Source of the DNA: an uncultured delta proteobacterium
GTDB taxonomy: Bacteria > Desulfobacterota > Binatia > UBA9968
Length of the DNA stretch: 64,000 bases
Direction of reading: 5' to 3'
Assembly: GCA_963760795.1 (NCBI GenBank)
Contig: CAVXEP010000032.1
Location: 288,001-352,000, forward strand
Shown here: piece after piece, positions 43,724 through 54,722 of the stretch
How the letters are laid out: each line of letters opens with the position of its first letter
Position numbering within the stretch: position 1 is the first letter of the stretch
The notes under the pieces: model-generated
Told to the model about the DNA's origin: nothing
The model's database searches: none
The model's input: the letters and a program-made list of their open reading frames with translations, nothing else
Position numbers and translations under genes: made by a program

Positions 43724-44398
43724 ATGAATCCCGTGGTTACGGTCACCGGGTTTTGGGACGCATTCGTTACCAAGATAGCGGTGTTTCTGCCCAACTTGCT
43801 GTTCGCCGTGGCGATTATCTTGCTCGGTTGGGTGGTTTGCAACGTGATTAAACGAGTCGTCGTCCGGCTGTTGAAACTTTGCCAGTTCGATACCCTGGCG
43901 GAACGCTCCGGCATCAGGCAGATCCTCGAGCGGGGCGGGGTGCGCCAGACAGCATCGGATATCGTTGGCCTGTTGGTGTTTTGGTTTCTCTTCCTCATCG
44001 CCATCGTCACCACGCTCGAGACGCTCAATTTGAGCGGCGCAACCGATACACTCCACACCATTTATCTGTACATTCCCAAGATCGTCGCTGCCCTGGTGAC
44101 GTTGATTTTAGGACTTTACTTCGCCAATTTTCTCGAGTCGGTGACGCGGACTTCATGCGCCAATGCGGGGCTGGAAGCCGCTGAATCCATCGGCCGGGCG
44201 ACCTATGTCGGGACGGCGATTTTTGTCGTTGCCGGGATTTTCGAGATCCTCGATATCGCCTCGGAGATCGTCATTTGGGCGTTCATCCTGGTGTTTGGCG
44301 CCGCCTGTTTGGCGCTGGCCTTGGCCTTTGGCTTAGGTGGCCGCGAGGTCGCCGGCCGGTTTCTTGAAAAGTGGTTAGAGCAGAAGAAAAACGAGTAG
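43724..44398 (+). CDS. TM-helix repeat membrane protein (CmpX / MscS-associated family)
   Basis: FLPNLLFA and YIPKIVAA repeats; LAFGLGGREVA. Confidence 0.8.
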   Translation: MNPVVTVTGFWDAFVTKIAVFLPNLLFAVAIILLGWVVCNVIKRVVVRLLKLCQFDTLAERSGIRQILERGGVRQTASDIVGLLVFWFLFLIAIVTTLETLNLSGATDTLHTIYLYIPKIVAALVTLILGLYFANFLESVTRTSCANAGLEAAESIGRATYVGTAIFVVAGIFEILDIASEIVIWAFILVFGAACLALALAFGLGGREVAGRFLEKWLEQKKNE

Positions 44399-44407
44399 TT
44401 AGCTACC

Positions 44408-44436
44408 TTGACTCGCCTTAGCTAATCAGTTAGTTT
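44408..44436 (+). promoter_or_regulatory. Putative sigma-70 promoter for the icd operon
   Basis: TTGACT, 17 bp, TAGTTT. Confidence 0.5.
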
Positions 44437-44467
44437 CGATCAGTTCAAAATTTATTTTTACGCAAAT

Positions 44468-44511
44468 AGCCTAAGGCGCGCGGAATCGTTCGACGCTCTT
44501 AGGCTTTTTTT
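44468..44511 (+). terminator. Intrinsic terminator-like hairpin just before the icd RBS
   Basis: AGCCTAAG...CTTAGGCT followed by a T run. Confidence 0.65.
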
Positions 44512-44526
44512 GCACGTGAGGAGATT

Positions 44527-45933
44527 ATGGCAGATTACAAAGTGGTAAAAGTTCCAACTGGCGGCGCTAAAATCACCATGGGGCCCAACAAGAAACTTAA
44601 GGTCCCGGATAATCCGGTCATTCCGTTTATCGAAGGCGATGGCACGGGGCGCGATATCTGGCGCGCTTCGGTGCGCGTATTCGATTCGGCTGTGGAGAAG
44701 GCGTACGGCGGCAAAAAGAAGATCCACTGGATGGAAGTTTACGCCGGTGAGAAGTCCTTCAAGCAATATAACAGCTGGCTCCATGAGGAGACGGTGCCGG
44801 CATTTACCGAATTTCTTGTTGGCATCAAGGGGCCCCTGACCACTCCGATCGGCGGCGGGATGACTTCGTTGAACGTCGGTCTGCGAAAATTGCTCGATCT
44901 TTACGTATGCCTGCGGCCTGTGCGTTATTTCAAAGGCGTGCCTTCGCCGGTGAAGCATCCTGAATTTGTCGATATGGTGGTTTTCCGCGAAAACACCGAA
45001 GACATTTACACGGGCATCGAGTTTCCCAACGGCACCGAGGCTAACGCCAAGTTCAAATCGCTACTTAAAGAAGCCTTCCCCAAGGAATTTGCCAAAATTC
45101 GTTTTCCCAACTCCGCCTCCATCGGCCTGAAACCGGTTTCCGTGGAAGGCACCGAGCGCTTGGTTCGCGCGGCGATTGAATGGGCGCTGGTGAATAAGCG
45201 CAAAAACATTAACTTTGTCCATAAGGGCAACATCATGAAATACACTGAGGGCTCATTCATGGAATGGGGCTACGCCCTCGCCAAGCGCGAATTTCGCGGC
45301 GACGTGATCGCCGAACGCGAGTCGTGGATCTTGGGAAATAAGGAAGCCAATCCTAACATCAGCGTTGCCGATAATGCCAAAGCGATCGATCCTGGTTTTG
45401 AGATGATGTCGCCGGAACAGCAGAACGACATCAAAAAGGAGGTCGAAGAAGCGCTCAAGCTCTGGCCGACCCACGGCGACGGTAAATGGAAGTCCAAGCT
45501 GATGCTCAAAGATTCCATCGCCGACGTGACGCTACAGTTCGTGCTGATTCGGCCGAAGGATTACGATGTCATCGCGACGATGAATTTGAACGGCGATTAT
45601 CTCTCGGACGCGCTGGCGGCCCAAGTCGGTGGCATCGGCATCGCACCCGGCGCCAATATCAATTACGAGACCGGCCACGCGGTGTTCGAAGCGACCCATG
45701 GCACGGCGCCGAAGTATGCGGATCTCGATAAGGTGAATCCAGGCTCGGTAATACTCTCGGGCGAAATGATGCTCCGCTATATGGGGTGGGGCGAAGCGGC
45801 CGACTTGATCATCAAAGGCATCGAAGGGGCGGTCGATAATAAGACCGTTACTTACGATTTCGAGCGGCTGATGCCAGGTTCGAAACTCGTCACTTGCTCA
45901 GGCTTCGGCGATGCCATCATTGCTAACATGTAG
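44527..45933 (+). CDS. icd: NADP-dependent isocitrate dehydrogenase
   Basis: [44 protein letters not shown]. Confidence 0.96.
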   Translation: MADYKVVKVPTGGAKITMGPNKKLKVPDNPVIPFIEGDGTGRDIWRASVRVFDSAVEKAYGGKKKIHWMEVYAGEKSFKQYNSWLHEETVPAFTEFLVGIKGPLTTPIGGGMTSLNVGLRKLLDLYVCLRPVRYFKGVPSPVKHPEFVDMVVFRENTEDIYTGIEFPNGTEANAKFKSLLKEAFPKEFAKIRFPNSASIGLKPVSVEGTERLVRAAIEWALVNKRKNINFVHKGNIMKYTEGSFMEWGYALAKREFRGDVIAERESWILGNKEANPNISVADNAKAIDPGFEMMSPEQQNDIKKEVEEALKLWPTHGDGKWKSKLMLKDSIADVTLQFVLIRPKDYDVIATMNLNGDYLSDALAAQVGGIGIAPGANINYETGHAVFEATHGTAPKYADLDKVNPGSVILSGEMMLRYMGWGEAADLIIKGIEGAVDNKTVTYDFERLMPGSKLVTCSGFGDAIIANM

Positions 45934-45984
45934 CGACGCGGGTTTTGCAAATTTTGGCTGCATCAGCATAGGAACGATTGAAGT

Positions 45985-46929
45985 ATGGCTAGGAAGAAAA
46001 TTGCACTGATTGGCGCGGGCAATATTGGCGGTTCGATGGCCCATCTGGCGCTACTCAAAGGGTTGGGCGATGTGGTGTTGTTCGATGTCGTCGATGGCTT
46101 GCCGCAAGGTAAAGCTCTCGATCTTTCTCACGCCGGCCCGGTTGAAGGGTTTGACGGCAATGTGACTGGCACCAACAAGTATGAAGATATCGCCGGCGCC
46201 GATGTCTGTATCGTGACGGCGGGTATCGCGCGCAAGCCGGGCATGAGCCGGGACGACCTGCTTGGCACCAACTGCAAGATTCTGAGCTCCGTGGCCGAGG
46301 GCATCAAGACCCATGCGCCCAATTCCTTTGTCATCGTCATCACCAACCCGTTGGATGCGATGGTCACGTTGATGCAGCGCAAGCTCGGTTTCCCCAAGAA
46401 CCGTGTCGTCGGCCAGTCGGGGATTCTCGATTCGTCGCGCTATCGGTCGTTCATCGCCAAAGAGCTCAATGTATCAGTCAAGAGCGTCCAAGCGGTGGTG
46501 TTGGGCGGCCACGGCGACGATATGGTGCCGGTGCGTAGCTCATGCATTATCGGCGGCGTGCCGGTGGAGAAGTTGATTTCCGGCGAACGTCTCAATGAAA
46601 TCGAAGCGCGGGTGCGCAATGCCGGCGGTGAAGTCGTCGCCTTATTGAAGACCGGTTCGGCCTATTTTTCACCGGCGTCGGCGGCGATTCAAATGACCGA
46701 AGCATTTCTCTTCGATAAGAAAGAACTGCTGCCGTGCGCAGCTTTGTTGGAAGGGGAGTACGGCGTTAACGGTTACTACTTCTGTGTGCCGGTACAAATC
46801 GGCGCCGGGGGTGTCGAGAGAATCATCGATATCGGTTTGAGCGCGTCAGATAAGAAGGCCTTCGACGAGTCGCTCAATCACGTCAAAGATATCGTCCAGG
46901 CGATGGACCGCGTTCTGAGCGCGGCGTAA
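45985..46929 (+). CDS. mdh: Malate dehydrogenase (LDH-like)
   Basis: [25 protein letters not shown]. Confidence 0.96.
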   Translation: MARKKIALIGAGNIGGSMAHLALLKGLGDVVLFDVVDGLPQGKALDLSHAGPVEGFDGNVTGTNKYEDIAGADVCIVTAGIARKPGMSRDDLLGTNCKILSSVAEGIKTHAPNSFVIVITNPLDAMVTLMQRKLGFPKNRVVGQSGILDSSRYRSFIAKELNVSVKSVQAVVLGGHGDDMVPVRSSCIIGGVPVEKLISGERLNEIEARVRNAGGEVVALLKTGSAYFSPASAAIQMTEAFLFDKKELLPCAALLEGEYGVNGYYFCVPVQIGAGGVERIIDIGLSASDKKAFDESLNHVKDIVQAMDRVLSAA

Positions 46930-46931
46930 TA

Positions 46932-47000
46932 ACAGACAGAGTATAGAGACAGAGATATTAGCTCGGGCCAAATCTCTGTAACTCTCTCCTTTCTCTATCT
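46932..47000. repeat. Purine/pyrimidine-rich tandem inverted repeat between mdh and sucC
   Basis: ACAGACAGAGTATAGAGACAGAGAT ... ATCTCTGTAACTCTCTCCTTTCTCTATCT. Confidence 0.55.
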
Positions 47001-47006
47001 TCAGTC

Positions 47007-48167
47007 ATGAATATTCACGAATTCCAAGCCAAGGAAATCCTCAAGCGTTTCGGCGTGGTGGTGCCGCGCAGTATCGTCGCGTCGACGCCCGAAGAGGCCA
47101 AGAAGGCGGCCCAAGAACTTGGCGGCGGGGTATGCGTGGTCAAAGCGCAGATTCATGCCGGCGGCCGCGGCAAAGGTGGCGGTGTCAAGGTCGTCAAGAC
47201 TCCTGATGAAGCCGCGGCTAGAGCCAGTGACATGCTCGGCAAGAATTTGGTGACCCATCAGACCGGGCCGGAAGGCCGCAGGGTGCGCCGGGTACTGGTC
47301 GAGGAGGGGCTCAATATCGCCCGCGAGCTGTATCTCGCCATGGTGCTCGATCGCGCGCAATCCCGGGTAACTGTCATTTGTTCATCGGAGGGCGGCGTCG
47401 AGATCGAAGTCGTCGCCGAAAAACATCCGGAAAAAATCCTCAAAGAGACCATCGATCCGGTGATCGGCTTGGCGGCGTTTCAGTGCCGGCGCATCGCTTT
47501 TTCCTTGGGGATTCCCGCTGAGCTCACCGGCAAGTTCATCGGCGCCATGCAGGGGCTGTACCGCGCCTTTGATGAATGCGACGCAGCGCTGGCGGAGATC
47601 AACCCTTTGATCCTCACCAAAGACGGCCAGGTGCTCGCCCTCGACGCTAAAATGAACTTCGACAGCAACGCATTCTTTCGGCAAAAAGATATTTTGGCTC
47701 TGCGCGATACCGACGAAGAGGATCCGCGCGAAGTGGAAGCGAGTAAGTTTGATCTTTCGTATATCGCTCTCGACGGCAACATCGCTTGCATGGTGAACGG
47801 CGCCGGCCTGGCGATGGCGACCATGGACATCGTCAAAGTGTATGGCGGCGAGCCGGCTAACTTTCTCGATGTTGGCGGCGGCGCGGATAAAGCTAAAGTC
47901 GCTAACGCTTTTCGCATCTTACTCGCCGATGACCGTGTCAAGGGTGTGTTGATCAATATTTTCGGCGGGATCATGCGTTGCGATGTGTTGGCTCAAGGTG
48001 TGGTGGATGCAGCGCGGGAGTTGAGCATAAAAGTGCCGCTGGTCGTGCGCATGCAAGGGACCAATGTCGAGCAGGGAAGAAAAATTCTCGCCGATTCCGG
48101 GCTGACCATCATTTCTGCTGACACCATGGCGGAAGCGGCGGAGAAAATCGTCAAAGCCATCAAGTAA
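47007..48167 (+). CDS. sucC: Succinyl-CoA synthetase beta subunit
   Basis: [36 protein letters not shown]. Confidence 0.97.
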   Translation: MNIHEFQAKEILKRFGVVVPRSIVASTPEEAKKAAQELGGGVCVVKAQIHAGGRGKGGGVKVVKTPDEAAARASDMLGKNLVTHQTGPEGRRVRRVLVEEGLNIARELYLAMVLDRAQSRVTVICSSEGGVEIEVVAEKHPEKILKETIDPVIGLAAFQCRRIAFSLGIPAELTGKFIGAMQGLYRAFDECDAALAEINPLILTKDGQVLALDAKMNFDSNAFFRQKDILALRDTDEEDPREVEASKFDLSYIALDGNIACMVNGAGLAMATMDIVKVYGGEPANFLDVGGGADKAKVANAFRILLADDRVKGVLINIFGGIMRCDVLAQGVVDAARELSIKVPLVVRMQGTNVEQGRKILADSGLTIISADTMAEAAEKIVKAIK

Positions 48168-48288
48168 TTTTGGATTTTGGATTGCCGATTTTAGATTAGG
48201 GGAAACGTGGAGAAAAGTCTTATGGCGTTACTGAATTTGTCCGACAATCTAAAATCTAAAAGCGGCCCCGCAGACGAAAATCCAAAAT
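48166..48288. repeat. Heptamer (ATTTTGG/ATTTTAG) tandem inverted-repeat element between sucC and sucD
   Basis: ATTTTGGATTTTGGATTGCCGATTTTAGATT ... AATCTAAAATCTAAAA...AAAATCCAAAAT. Confidence 0.78.
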
Positions 48289-48294
48289 AAATTC

Positions 48295-49167
48295 ATGTCC
48301 ATTCTAGTTAACAAGAGCACGCGAGTTTTGACCCAAGGCATCACCGGTGCCACTGGCCAGTTTCACACCAAAGCATGCAAAGAGTACGGCACGCAAATGG
48401 TTGCCGGTGTGACGCCGGGAAAAGGTGGCACAGCCTACGAGGGCATCCCGATCTTCGATACCGTCGCTGAAGCGGTCAGAGAGACTGGCGCCAACGCCAC
48501 GGTGATTTATGTGCCGCCGCCGTTCGCGGCGGATGCTATACTCGAGGCCGCCGATGCCAATATCCCTTTGATTATTTGCATCACCGAGGGAGTGCCAGTG
48601 CGCGACATGGTCAAGGTCAAACGGTTTCTGGCCGGACGAAGCTCGCAACTGCTTGGCCCCAACTGTCCCGGCACAATCACCCCGGGTGATTGTAAGATCG
48701 GCATCATGCCCGGTCATATTCACCGCCCAGGAACCATCGGTGTGGTCTCGCGCAGCGGTACGTTGACCTATGAAGCGGTGGATCAGCTGACCCGCTTAGG
48801 TATGGGGCAGTCGACCTGCGTCGGGATCGGCGGCGATCCCGTGCATGGTTTCGATTTCCTCGATGCATTGGAGTTGTTCAACGACGATCCGGGAACCGAA
48901 GCGGTGGTAATGATCGGTGAGATCGGCGGCAGCTCTGAAGAGGAAGCGGCAGCGTGGATTAAGACCAACATGAAAAAGCCCATGGCCGGATTTATCGCCG
49001 GCCAGACGGCGCCGTCCGGGAAACGCATGGGCCACGCCGGCGCGATCATCTCCGGCGGTAAAGGAACGGCAAACGAGAAAATTGCCGCGATGAAACAAGC
49101 GGGGATTCGCATGGCGTCGTCGCCGGCGGATATCGGCCGTTCAATGCAGGAGGCATTAGGAAAGTAA
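48295..49167 (+). CDS. sucD: Succinyl-CoA synthetase alpha subunit
   Basis: [26 protein letters not shown]. Confidence 0.97.
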   Translation: MSILVNKSTRVLTQGITGATGQFHTKACKEYGTQMVAGVTPGKGGTAYEGIPIFDTVAEAVRETGANATVIYVPPPFAADAILEAADANIPLIICITEGVPVRDMVKVKRFLAGRSSQLLGPNCPGTITPGDCKIGIMPGHIHRPGTIGVVSRSGTLTYEAVDQLTRLGMGQSTCVGIGGDPVHGFDFLDALELFNDDPGTEAVVMIGEIGGSSEEEAAAWIKTNMKKPMAGFIAGQTAPSGKRMGHAGAIISGGKGTANEKIAAMKQAGIRMASSPADIGRSMQEALGK

Positions 49168-49168
49168 T

Positions 49169-49588
49169 ATGGCTATGGAAAGAACTTTATCGATCGTTAA
49201 ACCTGACGCGGTGGCGCGTAATTTGATCGGCGCGATTGTCAGAAAGTTCGAATCCGCCGGGCTTCGAATCGCCGGCGGCAAATTGATTCGTCTCACGCCC
49301 GAGCAGGCGCAAGCGTTTTATGCCGTGCACAAAGCCCGGCCGTTTTTTCAGGGATTGTGCGATTATATGTCGTCCGGACCGATCTTCGTGTCCGTCCTTG
49401 AAGGCGATAACGCCATCGCCAAGAATCGCGAAGTGATGGGCGCGACGGACCCCGCGAAAGCCGCTGCGGGTACGATCCGCCAGGAGTTCGGTCAGGACAT
49501 AGAAAAGAACGCCGTGCACGGTTCCGATGGGCCGGATACCGCTGCCACTGAAATCGCTTTTTATTTTAAACCCGAAGAATTGTTTTAG
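49169..49588 (+). CDS. ndk: Nucleoside diphosphate kinase
   Basis: [21 protein letters not shown]. Confidence 0.97.
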   Translation: MAMERTLSIVKPDAVARNLIGAIVRKFESAGLRIAGGKLIRLTPEQAQAFYAVHKARPFFQGLCDYMSSGPIFVSVLEGDNAIAKNREVMGATDPAKAAAGTIRQEFGQDIEKNAVHGSDGPDTAATEIAFYFKPEELF

Positions 49589-49614
49589 ACTTTCGCCGTA
49601 TTGGGTGGTTTGAC

Positions 49615-50694
49615 GTGAAGGCAGACGAGAAGCCCAATATCAAGGATTTGAGCGCCAGCGAGTTCGCTGAATTTCTCGCCGCGGCCAAGCAGCCGACCTA
49701 TCGCGCCAAACAAATCTGCCAGTGGCTGTTCCGTGAGCACGCCACCGACTTCGCGACCATGACCAACCTGCCGGCTGACTTGCGCGAGCAGCTGGACAAG
49801 TCTTTTACCATCGGCCGGTTAGCGATCCTGCGCCGCCACGACTCCCAGGACGATACGGTAAAATTCCTCTTTGGCCTGGCCGACGGTCGAAGCATCGAGA
49901 GCGTATTAATTCCTGAAAAGAATCGCTTAACCCTGTGTATTTCCACTCAGGTTGGTTGCGCTTATGGCTGTGCCTTTTGCGCCACCGCGCTTTTGGGTTT
50001 TAAGCGCAATCTCACCTGCGGCGAGATAGTCGAGCAGATTCTCGAAGCCGGGCGCACGCTGCCGGACGACCGGCGGATATCCAATATCGTTGTCATGGGA
50101 ATGGGCGAGCCCTTGGCCAACTATGCTCAGACCTTGCGTGCCATCGAAATCATGGTCGACGCTTCCTGGGGGTTGGGAATTGCGCCGCGGAAAATTACCT
50201 TGTCGACTGTCGGCTTGGTACCGCAAATCGAAAAGTTGATGGAAGAAACCAACGTCACGCTGGCGATTTCTTTGCACGCCGCCACCGAGGAATTGCGCGG
50301 CCGCTTGATGCCGATCAACCGCAAGTACTCGCTCAGGCAGCTGATCGACTGTTGCCGCAATCTGCCGCTGCCGCGGCGCAAACGGATCACCTTCGAGTAT
50401 GTGTTGCTCGGCGGCGTGAACGATTCGGTGGCGGACGCCGCCGCGCTCTGCCGGCTGTTACGCGGCGTGCCGAGCAAGGTGAATTTAATTCCGTTCAATT
50501 CCCATCCAGGCAGCGAATTTCAGCGGCCCAGCGATGAGGCCGTCAAGCGCTTTCGACAAGTTCTTTTCGATCATAAGCTGCAAGTCAACATACGCCGGCC
50601 GCGTGGCGACGATATCGCGGCGGCCTGCGGCCAACTCCAGGGGCAGGGACAACGGGAATTATCCATCTCCGTTGCGCCGGTCGCGGCAAACTAG
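49615..50694 (+). CDS. rlmN: 23S rRNA m2A2503 / tRNA methyltransferase RlmN
   Basis: CISTQVGCAYGCAFC, MGMGEP, SLHA, AACGQL. Confidence 0.95.
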   Translation: MKADEKPNIKDLSASEFAEFLAAAKQPTYRAKQICQWLFREHATDFATMTNLPADLREQLDKSFTIGRLAILRRHDSQDDTVKFLFGLADGRSIESVLIPEKNRLTLCISTQVGCAYGCAFCATALLGFKRNLTCGEIVEQILEAGRTLPDDRRISNIVVMGMGEPLANYAQTLRAIEIMVDASWGLGIAPRKITLSTVGLVPQIEKLMEETNVTLAISLHAATEELRGRLMPINRKYSLRQLIDCCRNLPLPRRKRITFEYVLLGGVNDSVADAAALCRLLRGVPSKVNLIPFNSHPGSEFQRPSDEAVKRFRQVLFDHKLQVNIRRPRGDDIAAACGQLQGQGQRELSISVAPVAAN

Positions 50695-50700
50695 ATACCC

Positions 50701-51561
50701 ATGAAACCTCCAATCGTCGGCGTGATCGGCGGCAGTGGGCTGTACCAGATGGACGGTCTCAAAAGGGTACGGGAGGTGGCGGTTTCGACGCCATTCGGCA
50801 AACCCTCTGACAAGCTCGTGCGCGGCAAACTCGGCAATTTCGATCTCGTGTTTTTGCCGCGGCACGGCAAAGGCCATCGCTGGCTGCCCACGGAAGTTAA
50901 TTTTCGCGCCAATATTTTCGCCATGAAGAAGTTGGGCGTTGAGCGGATTATCTCGGTCAGCGCGGTGGGCAGTCTGCGCGCGGACATCGCCCCCGGCCAT
51001 CTGGTCGTGCCCGACCAATTCATCGATCGCACCAGCCAGCGGCCGAGCACGTTTTTTGGCAAGGGGCTGGCCGCCCATGTCAGCCTAGCAGATCCGTTTT
51101 GCCAGGAGCTCTCCGCGGTTCTGGTGCAATCGGCCGAGCAGGCGGGCGCCACGGTACATCGCGGCGGGACTTACCTGTGCATCGAAGGGCCGCAATTTTC
51201 GACTAGGGCAGAGTCCCATCTGTACCGTAGTTGGGGCGCTCATGTGATCGGCATGACCAATTTGCAAGAAGCCAAACTGGCCCGCGAAGCGGAGATCTGT
51301 TTCGGCACTTTGGCTTTGGCCACCGACTACGATTGTTGGAACGAGCAGGCCGGCGATGTTGAAATCGAGCGGGTCTTGGCAGTCTTGCAGAACAATGTTG
51401 CATTAGCGCGGCGCACCATCGGCGCGGCGCTTGCTGCTCTGGCAGAGCCGCGCCATTGCAGCTGTGCGAGCGCGCTAAAGGATGCTATGATTACTGATCG
51501 ACGGGCGATTCCTAAAAAACTACGGCAAGATTTGCGGCCCATTATAGGAAAATATCTATGA
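50701..51561 (+). CDS. mtnP: S-methyl-5'-thioadenosine phosphorylase
   Basis: IGGSG, RHG, EGPQFSTRAES, GMT, TDYDCW. Confidence 0.93.
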   Translation: MKPPIVGVIGGSGLYQMDGLKRVREVAVSTPFGKPSDKLVRGKLGNFDLVFLPRHGKGHRWLPTEVNFRANIFAMKKLGVERIISVSAVGSLRADIAPGHLVVPDQFIDRTSQRPSTFFGKGLAAHVSLADPFCQELSAVLVQSAEQAGATVHRGGTYLCIEGPQFSTRAESHLYRSWGAHVIGMTNLQEAKLAREAEICFGTLALATDYDCWNEQAGDVEIERVLAVLQNNVALARRTIGAALAALAEPRHCSCASALKDAMITDRRAIPKKLRQDLRPIIGKYL

Positions 51562-52463
51562 GTGTATTGGTTGTTGGCACGGTTGCGTTCGACTCCATTG
51601 AGGCGCCGGCGGGTTGCGTCGAGAGAATTCTCGGGGGCTCGGCGTCCTATTTCGCCCTGGCAGCGAGTTATTTCGCGCCGGTACGCATGGTTGGCGTCAT
51701 CGGCCAAGATTTCCCTCAGGATCACTTGGACCTGTTTACCCAGCGCGGCATCGATATCGCAGGCATCAAGCGCGAGCAGGGCGATACTTTTCATTGGCGC
51801 GGCCGCTATCATGAAGACATCAATCAGCGCGATACCATTGAACTGCATTTGAATGTCCTGGCGGGTTTCAAACCGAAACTGCCGGAAAGTTATCGCGACG
51901 CGGAATTGGTATTTCTCGGCAATATCGATCCAGTCATACAGATGGATGTCGTCGAACAGATCCGCCACATGAAGCTTCTGGTGTGCGACACCATGGATTA
52001 CTGGATCCGCGAGAGCAACGCTGAGCTCAAAAAGCTCCTGCAGCGCGTTGAGATGTTGGTGCTGAACGATTCCGAAGCGCGCCTGCTCAGTGGCTACGAT
52101 AATATCGTCAAGGCGGCGCGGGCGATTCTGCGCATGGGCCCCAAGATGGTATTAATCAAGCGCGGCGAGTATGGGGTTTTGCAATTCTCCGATTCGGCGA
52201 TTTTCGCGACGCCGGCGTATCCTTTGGAAGAAGTCTTTGATCCCACCGGCGCCGGCGATTCCTTTGCTGGCGGCATGATGGGCCAGCTGGCCCGCACTGG
52301 TGATTTGAGCCAGGGCAGCCTGCGCCGGGCGATCGTCTACGGCTCGGTGGTCGCGTCGTTTACCGTCGAGGACTTTGGCGTCAAAAGACTCATCGATGTC
52401 TCGCTGCCGGCAATCGAAGAGCGCTACCGACGTTTTGTCGAGCTGACCGATTTTCATACCTGA
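51558..52463 (+). CDS. PfkB-family sugar/nucleoside kinase
   Basis: GGSA, KRGEYG, DPTGAGDSFAGG. Confidence 0.92.
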   Translation: MSVLVVGTVAFDSIEAPAGCVERILGGSASYFALAASYFAPVRMVGVIGQDFPQDHLDLFTQRGIDIAGIKREQGDTFHWRGRYHEDINQRDTIELHLNVLAGFKPKLPESYRDAELVFLGNIDPVIQMDVVEQIRHMKLLVCDTMDYWIRESNAELKKLLQRVEMLVLNDSEARLLSGYDNIVKAARAILRMGPKMVLIKRGEYGVLQFSDSAIFATPAYPLEEVFDPTGAGDSFAGGMMGQLARTGDLSQGSLRRAIVYGSVVASFTVEDFGVKRLIDVSLPAIEERYRRFVELTDFHT

Positions 52464-52467
52464 GCCG

Positions 52468-53421
52468 ATGGAGCTTTCTGTCGTCATTCCGGTCTACAAC
52501 GAGGAAGAGAATGTCGAGCCGCTGATTGGCGAGATCGAAGTTGCAATGTCGGCGTTGGGCAAAAGCTATGAAGTCGTCGTCGTCGACGACGGCAGCAGGG
52601 ACGGAACATTCCTCAAGTTAAGGCAGATTCACCAACGCGTGCCTCAACTCAAGGTTATTGGTCTCAAGCGCAACTTCGGCCAAACCGCGGCGCTGGCGGC
52701 CGGTTTGGCCCACGCGCATGGCGATGTTGTGATCCTCATGGATGGCGACGGGCAGAACGATCCCGCCGATATCCCCCCATTGCTGGCCAAGCTCGACGAA
52801 GGCAACGATTTGGTGGCGGGCTGGCGGCATAATCGTCGAGACCCGTTTCTCAACCGGCGGTTGCCGTCGATGATCGCTAACCGACTGATTTCGTTGACCA
52901 CCCGTGTGAAGCTCCATGACTACGGATGTACCTTGAAAGCGCTGCGCCAAGATGTCGCGAAAGGTTTGCGCCTGTACGGCGAAATGCACCGATTTATTCC
53001 CGCCATCGCTTACGAGCGCGGCGCCCGCATCGCCGAATTGAAAGTTAACCACCGGCCACGCCTGCGCGGCCAGTCGAAGTACGGTATCACGCGGACGTTG
53101 CGCGTGGTGCTGGATCTACTGACGGTAAAGTTCTTAAGCAGTTATTCGACCCGGCCGTCCCATGTGTTTGGGCCCATCGGCATCGGCAGCGGCCTGGCGG
53201 GCTTTGCCATCGGCTTGCATCTGACGGTGCAAAAAGTTTTCTATGGCCAGGATATCGGCGCCCGCCCGTTGCTGTTGCTAGGCATACTGTTAATCTTTAT
53301 TGGTTTTCAATTCGTCACCATGGGTTTATTGGGTGAAATGCTGGCGCGGACCTATCATGAATCCCAGGACCGGCCGGTTTACGTGGTTGGTGAAATTCTC
53401 GAATGGAGACCTGAAGTATGA
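52468..53421 (+). CDS. GT2 polyprenol-phosphate glycosyltransferase (ArnC-like)
   Basis: VIPVYNE, VDDGS, RNFGQ, MDGDGQNDP, two C-terminal TM helices. Confidence 0.9.
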   Translation: MELSVVIPVYNEEENVEPLIGEIEVAMSALGKSYEVVVVDDGSRDGTFLKLRQIHQRVPQLKVIGLKRNFGQTAALAAGLAHAHGDVVILMDGDGQNDPADIPPLLAKLDEGNDLVAGWRHNRRDPFLNRRLPSMIANRLISLTTRVKLHDYGCTLKALRQDVAKGLRLYGEMHRFIPAIAYERGARIAELKVNHRPRLRGQSKYGITRTLRVVLDLLTVKFLSSYSTRPSHVFGPIGIGSGLAGFAIGLHLTVQKVFYGQDIGARPLLLLGILLIFIGFQFVTMGLLGEMLARTYHESQDRPVYVVGEILEWRPEV

Positions 53422-54722
53422 AATTGGCGGTGGTGGGAACCGGCTATGTCGGCCTGGTCGCGGGAACTTGCTTGGCGGAGAGCGGTAACGATGTGATCTG
53501 TGTCGATATCGATGAGAAAAAAATCGACTTGCTCAATGGCGGCAAGGTGCCGATTTATGAACCGGGCTTGGAAGAGATGGTGCAGCGCAATGCCGAAGAT
53601 CAGCGCTTGAGCTTCACCACGGATCTACCCAGTGCGGTGCAAAAGTCGGATGTTATCTTCATCGCCGTCGGCACGCCCCAGGGACCGACGGGTCATGCGA
53701 ATCTGGAATTCGTCAAAGCGACCGCCAAGGGCATCGCTAAAGCGCTCGATTCTTTCAAGATCGTCGTCACCAAGAGTACCGTTCCTGTGGGCACGGCGGA
53801 CCAGATCAAACAGTGGATAGCTGAAGAGACCGCACAACCCTTTGCGGTGGCGTCCAATCCCGAGTTCATGAAAGAGGGCGCGGCGGTGGAAGATTTCATG
53901 AAACCCGACCGGGTGGTTTTGGGCGGCGACAATGCAGAGGCGCTGGCGACACTGCGCGAACTGTACGAGCCTTTTGTCCGCACCGGCAATCCCATCCTGA
54001 TCATGGACAGCCGGAGCGCGGAGATGAGTAAGTACGCCGCCAACGCCATGCTGGCGACCAAGATTTCGTTTATTAACGAAGTCGCCCGGTTGTGCGAGGA
54101 GATGAACGCCGACATCGGCGAGGTGCGCCGGGCGATCAGTCTCGACCGGCGCATCGGGCCGCATTTTATTTTCCCCGGCGCCGGCTATGGCGGTTCCTGT
54201 TTTCCCAAGGATACCCGCGCCATGATCGGCATGGGCGGTGAGCGCCAAGAAATGGTCCTGCTCAAAGCGGTGGAACAAGTCAACGAACGGCAAAAGCAAT
54301 TACTGTTCGACAAAGTCCGGCGCCACTTCGACGATAAGCTCGCCGGACTGACTTTCGCAGTGTGGGGGTTGGCGTTCAAGCCGCGCACCGACGACATGCG
54401 CGATGCGCCGGCGATCAACATCATCGAAGCGTTGCTCGGCGCCGGCGCCAGGGTGCAGGCCTTCGATCCCGAAGCGATGGAGGAAGCGCGAAAAATCTTC
54501 GGCGACCGCATTCAATATACCCATCGTAACTATGATGCGCTGCATGGCGCGGCGGCGTTACTGATCGTCACCGAGTGGAATGAGTTTCGCCGGCCGGATT
54601 TTACTCGGGTCAAAAACCTGCTCACCCATCCGGTCATTTTTGATGGCCGCAACGTCTACGATCCGGCGGATCTGCGCAAACTAGGATTTACCTATTATTC
54701 CATCGGGAGAAATAATGGCTAG
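53418..54722 (+). CDS. ugd: UDP-glucose 6-dehydrogenase
   Basis: [25 protein letters not shown]. Confidence 0.94.
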   Translation: MKLAVVGTGYVGLVAGTCLAESGNDVICVDIDEKKIDLLNGGKVPIYEPGLEEMVQRNAEDQRLSFTTDLPSAVQKSDVIFIAVGTPQGPTGHANLEFVKATAKGIAKALDSFKIVVTKSTVPVGTADQIKQWIAEETAQPFAVASNPEFMKEGAAVEDFMKPDRVVLGGDNAEALATLRELYEPFVRTGNPILIMDSRSAEMSKYAANAMLATKISFINEVARLCEEMNADIGEVRRAISLDRRIGPHFIFPGAGYGGSCFPKDTRAMIGMGGERQEMVLLKAVEQVNERQKQLLFDKVRRHFDDKLAGLTFAVWGLAFKPRTDDMRDAPAINIIEALLGAGARVQAFDPEAMEEARKIFGDRIQYTHRNYDALHGAAALLIVTEWNEFRRPDFTRVKNLLTHPVIFDGRNVYDPADLRKLGFTYYSIGRNNG

